A stretch of 63,257 nucleotides of DNA, counting the filler, from Reticulomyxa filosa (lineage: Eukaryota; Protista; Foraminifera), in NCBI GenBank assembly GCA_000512085.1. It is 19 parts of 19 records of this genome, joined end to end, with 100 filler letters (N's around TTAATTAATTAA, not from the genome) between each part and the next. Parts side by side here need not be neighbours in the genome. Positions count along the whole stretch, not along the records: positions 49,150 to 57,159 come from ASPP01002151.1; positions 57,260 to 58,354 come from ASPP01011492.1; positions 58,455 to 59,703 come from ASPP01035251.1; 16 more parts are not named here. One strand, written 5' to 3'. The position numbers were made by a program, and so were the translations under genes. Shown here one piece after another: positions 51,683 to 59,357 of the stretch. Within the stretch, counting starts at the first letter, position 1; each line of letters opens with the position of its first letter. The notes under the pieces were generated by a model. The model was not told where the DNA came from and did no database searches. It saw only the letters and a program-made list of their open reading frames with translations.

Positions 51683-52652
51683 TTTTCCATTGTTAATAAA
51701 AGGTCTTAATCTATATAATTCATCACAAGTAGATGAAAGAATTCCTACAGGTTCTTTGATTTTCACTATTGGCAATACAAAATTATATCACTATAAAGGT
51801 AAAGGCATACCTATCTTATTTATTCCATCGCATATAAATAAAGCCTATATACTAGATTTAAACGACAAGTTAAGCTTTTTGAAAAAATTAAAGACACTTG
51901 GTCTGAATCCTTATTTACTTGATTGGGAAGACTTAAAAGATAGCGAAAAAGGATATTCATTTGAAGATTATCTAAATCTACGTTTGAAACCTATTATTGA
52001 ATTTATCGTCAATAATGAAAAGCAACCGATATTGATTGCTGGTTATTGCATGGGAGGCTTGTTTTCCATAGTAAGTTCTCAGTTATGGCCGCAATTAATT
52101 AAAGGATTGATTACAATTGCCACACCTTGGAATTTTCATAGCAAAGAATTTCTCGTCTATCCTTTTACTATAGAATTAGCAAAATTTAATCATATGTTTA
52201 CTACAGCTTTTCCTTATATCTCCAGGGAATTTATTCAACTGATGTTTTATTATCTAAGGTTCAATGATGTAAATAATAAATATATTAGCTTTGCCAAAAG
52301 CGATAATATAACGAATTTCATTGAAATCGAGCATTGGGCTAACGATGGAATCAATATGTCGACTCACCTTTTTCAAGATTGTCTGAAAAATTTGATTATC
52401 GGTAATAAGCCTTATAATAGTAAGTGGGTTGTGAATAATAATTTAATAGATTTAAGAAAAATTAAACAGCAGTCCTATTGCGCGGTAGCTTTAAAAGATA
52501 AGATAGCTCCAATCAGTTCAACTTTATCACTTGGTATATCGTTAAATCATTGTAAAATAAAATCTGTAAACTCAGGCCATTTAGGCATGTTAAAAAAAGA
52601 TAGATACTCGATTGCTGAAGATTTAGCTGAATGGGTTAAAATGAAGTTTTAA
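51510..52652 (+). CDS. phaC: Small (class III-like) PHA synthase PhaC / alpha-beta hydrolase; start uncertain
   Basis: PILFIPSHINKAYILDL, YLLDW, lipase-like box GYCMGG (catalytic Cys), ATPWNF, KDKIAP (Asp) and SGHLGM (His). The frame is open from 51465 and the first ATG is at 51510. Confidence 0.8.
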   Translation: MRKKKAKTIQVAQVPASIYLTTYMMQLLNLQTVLMNLNYASKNLKNDHQNQLKEVNDNFPLLIKGLNLYNSSQVDERIPTGSLIFTIGNTKLYHYKGKGIPILFIPSHINKAYILDLNDKLSFLKKLKTLGLNPYLLDWEDLKDSEKGYSFEDYLNLRLKPIIEFIVNNEKQPILIAGYCMGGLFSIVSSQLWPQLIKGLITIATPWNFHSKEFLVYPFTIELAKFNHMFTTAFPYISREFIQLMFYYLRFNDVNNKYISFAKSDNITNFIEIEHWANDGINMSTHLFQDCLKNLIIGNKPYNSKWVVNNNLIDLRKIKQQSYCAVALKDKIAPISSTLSLGISLNHCKIKSVNSGHLGMLKKDRYSIAEDLAEWVKMKF

Positions 52653-52654
52653 AT

Positions 52655-53297
52655 ATGCGGTATGTCATAATTGCCAACTCTAAATCAATTTCAAAATATA
52701 GATTAAAAAAAATATCACCGGAAGTAAAAATCATTGCTTTAGATGGAGTAGCAAATCATCTACAAAAAGTTGGTTTTATCCCGATTTAATTATTGGGGAT
52801 TTTGATTCCGTTAGGGTTTCAACAATAAATTATTTTAAGAAACTCAAAGTAAAAATGATAAAACTAGAAGATCAAAATTCAACTGATCTTGATAAAGCTA
52901 TATCTTATTGTGATAGTAAAAATAGTGAAGATATAGAGATAATCAATGCATTAGGAGGAGATAGATTAGATCATTTAATAATGAATTTAAGATCGTTGCG
53001 AAACATTATAAGTCTAATCGAAGAATTAGACTTGTAGAAAAGAAGTTTTATTTGGAATATTTTAAAAACAAATCTGTCAGTATTATTGGGAAGGAAAATG
53101 ACGATATTGCAGTTATAGCTTTTCCTAAAGCAAAGGTCTCTTCTGAAGGATTAAAATATGAAATGAAAAATTATAACCTTGAATTTGGATATAAAGAAAG
53201 TTCATCTAATAAGATGTTAAAACCCTCAGTTGCTATACAGATTAAAGGAGAGGCGGCGATAATGTATAAACTGAATAGTAATTTAATTAAATTTTAG
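52655..53297 (+). CDS. thiN: Thiamine pyrophosphokinase (two apparent frameshifts, ~52780 and ~53002)
   Basis: Reconstructed IIALDGVANHL...PDLIIGDFDSV...EDQNSTDLDKA...GGDRLDHLIMNL...GLKY...SSN, the TPK motif order. Confidence 0.88.
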
Positions 53298-53304
53298 TTA
53301 TGCA

Positions 53305-54209
53305 TTATTGAGAATCGCTTGTTTGTTGCTTATCTTTTAAAAATAGTTTTATTGATCCTAAGCTTGCACCACCAATAATAAGTACGATTGCCAAGCCAAT
53401 TTCCCAAGTAAAAATGCTATACCCTAGAGCTATCATCCATAAAATTCCAAGAAGCGGCATTAAATATCCAAAAATCATTATAACTTTTACATCACCAAAT
53501 CTTAGTGCATATCCCCAAATTGTATAGGCAATTCCCATGGAGCTAGGCCTAGATATAAGATAGCTAGTAAGTTTTCAAATGATATTGCAATGTTAGGCTC
53601 ACAGATATAATGTGTGATAAGAGCTAAAATAGCTGCTAAAGCAAGTGGTAAGCCAATAGAATCAGCGGGTACATCAGTAAACTTGCGAGTTAATACTGAA
53701 AAAGCTGACCAAATTATTGCGTTAAGCAAAGCCATAGTAACTCCAAATACTTTTGCATCGCCAAATTCTGGTATCCCATCTTTTATCGAAATGAAGATAA
53801 CACCTATAAATCCAGTTAATGCCCCGATATAATGCAGATTAGTTAGTTTTTCCTTAAAGATTATTGCCGCAAGGAAAAGAGCAACTATAGGCCATAAGTT
53901 TAGAACTAAATAGGAAACGATAGGGTCTCCATTTTGCATAGCTAAGAAGAAGGTTGAATTAGCGCCAAATATACCCAATGTGCTGATAAGCACATAGTCT
54001 AGTCTTTGTTTCAATCGTGCGAATACTGAACCGTACCTATACTTCCAATATGTGAAGTGTAAAAGTGCAGAGAATCCAAATGCTATAGCAACACTGAGAA
54101 ATGGTGGTACACCCTTGGTAAACAGCGATACTATAGGTAAACTAGACCAGAACATAATTGCTAATAAACCTAGTAAGGTAGCATTTTTGATTTTATCGAT
54201 TTGATTCAT
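53305..54209 (-). CDS. DMT/EamA-family transporter (one apparent frameshift near 53539)
   Basis: About 10 TM segments, ATLLGLLAIMFWSSL, LWP, AIIWSAFSVLTR. Restoring one base gives GLAPMGIAYTIW. Confidence 0.88.
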
Positions 54210-54272
54210 TTTGAAAGCGAATATGTTTTGAAAATAATAACAAATGATATTCGATATTACAACATAAGTTAG

Positions 54273-54860
54273 TTAAATAACTTTTATATAACTATCCAGG
54301 CACTTTTGAATCATTTCTTCAGCGTTGGGTAACCCAATTTTTGACAACTTACCTTTGATCGATAAGGAACAAATACCGTGAATCGATGTCCAAATCAATC
54401 CAGTGGCCATTTTAGAATCTTTAGAATTCTTTAATAATTTTGCTACAACACCTTCAAGCAAAGTAAAGATTTCAGTGATTTTAGAGCTATACCAATTTGG
54501 TATATTAATGTTATCAGGAAATCGATATTCAAATAATATATTCCATAAATTATAGCTTTCTTTAGAAAACTTAAGGTATTCAAATGATACATGATATATT
54601 GCATCTTTTAAGGTTGGGGCTTTATTGAGGACATCATTGAGCTTATTGATTAAGATATCGATAATTCTAGCATTAATGTGCAAAAATATATCATCTAAAT
54701 TGTTGAAAACATTATAGAGTGTGCCAACTGTGTAACCGATTTCCGAGGCAATTTTTCTGGTGCTGACACCGGAATAACCATTATTTAGAACCATTTGGAA
54801 AGTTGAATCTAAGATTAATTTAGTTAATTCTTCTCGTGAATGGTCACTTCTTCTTGCCAT
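54273..54860 (-). CDS. TetR/AcrR-family transcriptional regulator (WHG-type C-terminus)
   Basis: HTH STRKIASEIGYTVGTLYNVF and C-terminal IWTSIHGICSL. Confidence 0.92.
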   Translation of the reverse strand: MARRSDHSREELTKLILDSTFQMVLNNGYSGVSTRKIASEIGYTVGTLYNVFNNLDDIFLHINARIIDILINKLNDVLNKAPTLKDAIYHVSFEYLKFSKESYNLWNILFEYRFPDNINIPNWYSSKITEIFTLLEGVVAKLLKNSKDSKMATGLIWTSIHGICSLSIKGKLSKIGLPNAEEMIQKCLDSYIKVI

Positions 54861-54991
54861 GTCTTTACCAAAATTATTATATTATTTACAGCGATGGCAA
54901 AAAAATTAACATGAAAGTTACCCTTATTCAAGTTTATAAATAAAGCAGCGTTTACTAGAGTAAGATTCTAAAGTTGAGAGCCTTAAATGAT

Positions 54992-55021
54992 AAAAAAAGC
55001 CCATTATGAAACGAGCTTTTT
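54992..55021 (-). terminator. Rho-independent terminator after the outer-membrane protein array
   Basis: Minus-strand RNA GCUCGUU-UCAU-AAUGGGC-UUUUUUU: a 7-bp stem with two G-U pairs plus a U7 tail, just after the stop at 55027. Confidence 0.75.
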
Positions 55022-55026
55022 ATGTC

Positions 55027-55674
55027 CTAAAACTCAACTCTTGCACCAATTAATATCATTTGCACTTTATCACATTCAACTTGTAGTTTACCATTTGCAG
55101 AAGTAACATAATCAACTTTTGCATTGTCAAAGCCAATATCTCTAAATCTATAGCTAATGATTCCTTTGAAATTATCAGCAAATGATATGTCTATACCAGC
55201 ACCTAATTGCCATGCAAAGCCTGTTTTTGAAAGCTTATTTTTTACAAGTATATTAGCGATTTGATCTCCTTTGATGGTAGCATCACTTTTTTGCACTCCT
55301 ATTCCAACCATTATATTAGGGGTAAGGTATTCAAAAAATTTCCAATCTGCATATAAGTTTAACATTAATCCAATACTTTTGGTATTTACTTTAAACTCAC
55401 CAATTGCTGAAGGTTCATCAGCAAGCTTTTTAGAGCCTGATTTAGTATAATTTAAAGCTACTTCACTGCGAAAGTATTCGTTTAAATATAAACCAAATGC
55501 TCCTTCAAGATTTATTGGGGTGGATTTTTTATTATTAATTTTTAAAAGGAAGTTATTTTGTAAATTAATTTCCTGACGTCCGCAACCTCCTGCTACTGAT
55601 ACATATATATCCTCTGCAAAAGCATTAGCATTCATCAAAACTAAACCTAAAGTGAGTGCTGCGATTTTTTTCAT
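55027..55674 (-). CDS. Outer-membrane beta-barrel protein (8-stranded Opa/surface-antigen-like), paralog 1
   Basis: Signal peptide MKKIAALTLGLVLMNANAFA, FRSEVAL, MLNLYAD, FAWQLGAG, YRF and terminal GARVEF beta-signal. GGAG RBS upstream. Confidence 0.88.
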   Translation of the reverse strand: MKKIAALTLGLVLMNANAFAEDIYVSVAGGCGRQEINLQNNFLLKINNKKSTPINLEGAFGLYLNEYFRSEVALNYTKSGSKKLADEPSAIGEFKVNTKSIGLMLNLYADWKFFEYLTPNIMVGIGVQKSDATIKGDQIANILVKNKLSKTGFAWQLGAGIDISFADNFKGIISYRFRDIGFDNAKVDYVTSANGKLQVECDKVQMILIGARVEF

Positions 55675-55719
55675 ATTATCTCCAATTAAAAAAATTTATA
55701 AATAGCTATTTGTTAAAAA

Positions 55720-56355
55720 TTAAAATCTATATTTTACACCAAATAATATCAGGTGATATTTATCATTATTAATATGCAAAGTATTATTAGGTATATTGAA
55801 ATCTATTTTGTTCTTAAAACCATAATCTCTAAATCTATAGCCGATCATGCCTTTAAAGCTTTCTGATAGTGGGATATCTACACCAACACCTAATTGCCAA
55901 GCAAAAGCTGTTTTAGATGCCTTAGCTTTAGAAAAAGTTGTTGTAAATGGTTCACCTTTAATTTTGGCTTCGTTGTTTTGAACTCCTAGTCCAATCATTA
56001 TATTAGGGATAAATATATTCCAGATTTTCCAATCCGCATAAAAATTTAACATTCCACCGTAACTGGTACTTTTAACCTTGAATGGTGCGTTTACTATATC
56101 AATTTCTTTAGTGCTCGATCTTGTAAAATTTAAAGCTATTTCGCTGCGAAAGAATTCATTTAAATGCCATCCTAATGCTGCTTCAGCATTTAAAGGAGAT
56201 GTACTATCTCTCGTATCAGGAATAGACATACTATTAGCATAAACTTTAGTTTTCATACGCCGGAATCCTCCAGCAAATGATACGTATATATCTTTTGCAT
56301 ATGCATTCGCATTTATAAAAATTAAACCCAAAGCGAGTGCTGCGATTTTTTTCAT
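55720..56355 (-). CDS. Outer-membrane beta-barrel protein, paralog 2
   Basis: Signal peptide MKKIAALALGLIFINANAYA, FRSEIAL, MLNFYAD, FAWQLGVG and terminal GVKYRF. GGAG RBS upstream. Confidence 0.88.
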   Translation of the reverse strand: MKKIAALALGLIFINANAYAKDIYVSFAGGFRRMKTKVYANSMSIPDTRDSTSPLNAEAALGWHLNEFFRSEIALNFTRSSTKEIDIVNAPFKVKSTSYGGMLNFYADWKIWNIFIPNIMIGLGVQNNEAKIKGEPFTTTFSKAKASKTAFAWQLGVGVDIPLSESFKGMIGYRFRDYGFKNKIDFNIPNNTLHINNDKYHLILFGVKYRF

Positions 56356-56494
56356 AATATCTCCAAATAAAAAAAAACATCTATCAACAGATATATATTA
56401 TGAAGCTATATTTCAATCTTTTATGATAATTGAAATGAGGAAGCTGAATTTTATTGCAATTTTGCAACAATCAGGGCTTTGGTCTTGAAATATA

Positions 56495-56992
56495 TTAAAA
56501 ATCAAATCTATAGTTTAACATAAAAAGGTGTACGTTTTTGAATTTATAACTAAGTTGTTTAGCATCAATTGAGCTAATTACACTAAAGCGTTGGTTAAAG
56601 GCTCTATATCTATATCCAATTCCAAGTTTGCTGTTAGGTGAAGTTGCAAAATCTATACCGCCCCTATTTGCCAGACAAATCCACCTTTAGTTTTAGTCTG
56701 CTTGTTAGATTTAGTATTGGAAGATATTCTTTCCGATATGCGTTGTTCAACGATACCTAATCCAAGGGTTAAATAAGGAGCTACTTGTTCATAAAAATAA
56801 AAGTCATAATAACCATTTAGCATAAACCCAATCGCATTAACCTTGATTCTTAATTCTTCCGAGGGTGATAATCCAGATTTTGTATTTACCTTTTGACTAT
56901 ACATTACGTTGCTTAGAATTAGATCTCTTCTAATCCGCGGGGTAAGATAGGCTCCAAAACCAAACTCAATTGGTAAGACTATTTTGTTCTTT
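56495..56992 (-). pseudogene. Outer-membrane beta-barrel protein, paralog 3, 5'-truncated by the IS, with a frameshift near 56658
   Basis: MLNGYYDF, APYLTLGLG and FVWQIGA. After restoring one G it continues GIDF...GIGYRYR...LNYRFDF*. The signal peptide region is replaced by the IS. Confidence 0.8.
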
Positions 56993-57159
56993 GGGATTGC
57001 TAACATTTAGATACATGTTATATTAGGGGAGCCACTAGTATGGAGTGATAATGCATTGCAGGTTTTGTAATTCAGAAAGATATGTCAAGCATGGTTTAAC
57101 AAGAGGTAAACAAAGGTTTTTATGCAAAAACTGCAATAAGCACTTTGTAGTTGATTTAG
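56993..57159 (+). mobile_element. IS1-family insertion sequence, left end (second copy, inverted relative to the first)
   Basis: Reverse complement of 49171-49337 with one mismatch (gccact vs gcaact). Putative promoter TTGCTA-16nt-TATATT, GGAG RBS and transposase ATG at 57051. Confidence 0.88.
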
Positions 57160-57273
57160 NNNNNNNNNNNNNNNNNNNNNNNNNNNNNNNNNNNNNNNNN
57201 NNNTTAATTAATTAANNNNNNNNNNNNNNNNNNNNNNNNNNNNNNNNNNNNNNNNNNNNTTTTTTTTTTTTTT

Positions 57274-58032
57274 TTAATTTGGTATGTTACACGTATATGC
57301 GTGCATATACATACACACATATATATATATATATATATCGTTGTATAATCTACTTTTAAAATATATCAGAGAAATTAAAAAACTGGGGGGGTTTTTGGCA
57401 TTCGAATAATTGGTTGGACACATAAATAGTGGACCATTGCTTGAGGTGTATACGTCGCCCGTAAAATCCACATAGAGCGACCGTGCATCGATTGCATTCA
57501 ATGTAAAGTTATTCACGTCTGCTCTTTTTCCAGACACTTGACACAAAAATTGCACTCGACTTGTCCCTTGTCCTGCCACCACTTGCGTGTGCTCAGTGAA
57601 CGCGTTGTATAGACTGTTTGGTGGTGACAATGGATCGCATGCAATTCGCATCGTCCCCTCGCCGCCAGTGGCGTTTTGTCCGTATATCTTTGCCGAATTT
57701 AATGAACTATTCCCTCTGGCCAATATTTCCATCAACGTCGAGTTCAGCCCATAAATGTTCGCCGAATTGCATGAACTCTCACCATTGCAAAATATCAAAC
57801 AGTTTGCTCCGCTTGGACAATAAATCGTACTGTTTGCGCACGACGATTTGCTGTTGCAAGAAATCATACAATCGTATCCTTCGTTACAAACTATACTCGA
57901 ACATTGTCCACTTGTCACATTTAGATTACAACTTTGAGTGCTATTATTGCACGCACAAATTGAAGCTGCTATGTGCTCTATTAAAAATGTATTTAGTGCA
58001 AAAATAGTGAATGATAATTGCAGTAATTTCAT
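57274..58032 (-). CDS. Secreted Cys-rich repeat protein, first exon (3'-partial)
   Basis: Signal-like N-terminus, repeated C.I.C....SC..(S/A).IY units and many N-x-S/T sequons. The ORF tail runs into a (TA)n intron. Confidence 0.75.
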   Translation of the reverse strand: MKLLQLSFTIFALNTFLIEHIAASICACNNSTQSCNLNVTSGQCSSIVCNEGYDCMISCNSKSSCANSTIYCPSGANCLIFCNGESSCNSANIYGLNSTLMEILARGNSSLNSAKIYGQNATGGEGTMRIACDPLSPPNSLYNAFTEHTQVVAGQGTSRVQFLCQVSGKRADVNNFTLNAIDARSLYVDFTGDVYTSSNGPLFMCPTNYSNAKNPPSFLISLIYFKSRLYNDIYIYIYVCMYMHAYTCNIPN

Positions 58033-59217
58033 TATGATTTTTTTTGACTGTTCGGTTTTGACACTTTTAAATTTAAGTCTAAATCCATGTTAACAGAATA
58101 TGTTTTGGACCGAACATGACAAATTAACCATAACTGATCTCAATCGATGATGGAAGACAACAAACAAATAAATGTTGCAGAGATATTGATTTTTCTTTAA
58201 AAGATTGTCCGTTGCCGTCAGAACACGTAAAAAATTGTGCCTTGGCCAATTGTTATGCTAGAATATAAACTAAAATGATCGAATATTGCTTTTATTTTTT
58301 GTTTTTTAGCAGGCAATCTTTAGTTTTTTTTTTTTGACATAAAAAGTGAATAGTNNNNNNNNNNNNNNNNNNNNNNNNNNNNNNNNNNNNNNNNNNNNTT
58401 AATTAATTAANNNNNNNNNNNNNNNNNNNNNNNNNNNNNNNNNNNNNNNNNNNNCAAAAAACCGACAAATACTTTTTCAAAATATCTGCAGTCGAGTCTT
58501 ACAGTCGGTGTTTTGTATCTGTTGATCAAGTGATATCGTCATTTACAAAGATGAGTGCCAGCAACTTCAACCGCGTTGCGCCAGAAAAATTCGCAACAAG
58601 TTCAGTCGGGTGCGGCGTCAAGAGTTGTAAGAATTCTTTGACATTATACGTGCGATTGATGCTTGCAAGACATCATCAATTCAAGCAGCAGTTTGTGACG
58701 AATGTAACAAGGACATTTCCCCCAAGATTTTCTTTTACATTGTGGTAACCACGAAGATGGCTATGACTTATGCAAAAGTTGCGAAAAAAAGGTTAGGTGC
58801 AAAGAAAATATTCCTCCTCAATTGTTGGTATCACAAGACTCTGAGGAGGGAGTCAACGTTTCATCCTCCACAACTCTTCAAAAAAATTTGTTTCCCGACC
58901 AAAACAACAACGACATTGTAACAAGCAAGCATCCAAAGACAAGCATTATTAACGCTCTTGGCGTCACCTACAGGGCGGCCAACAACAGTTGTGATAGTTC
59001 CGTTGCCCCAAGCCATGGGGCACAAACAACAGCTTCCAGTCGACTACGAGTTAACAATGGTAACAATCCATCGCTGACCGTTGCACAGCCACGCAATTTC
59101 GGAAATGGCATAATTCCTAGCCACCACATACCACCCCGAACTTCTCCCAAGTCGCATACCAATACGATTGAAAAAGTTCCTCCGCAAATAGCATCCTTCG
59201 ACGACCCGTTAGTTTCC

Positions 59218-59357
59218 CCCATTCAGATATACTGTCGTATCAAGCCGCTTTCTATTTTTGACACCAAAAAAAGCTATGTAAAAGTTGAGGAAAATAAAAT
59301 AGTCCATCGCATACACACCTAGTGGAGGTAGTTCGTATGCGTTCAATGATGTGTTCC
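59218..59357 (+). pseudogene. Remnant of the start of a kinesin motor domain
   Basis: PIQIYCRIKPL followed, after a frameshift, by SYAFNDVF (compare I.V..R.RP ... F.FD.VF). No P-loop follows, only AT-rich sequence. Confidence 0.5.

Noticed and set aside
49050-57259. Bacterial segment as an HGT island inserted in the eukaryotic chromosome
   Set aside because: Both boundaries are artificial linkers, and there is no sequence evidence of physical linkage to host DNA.
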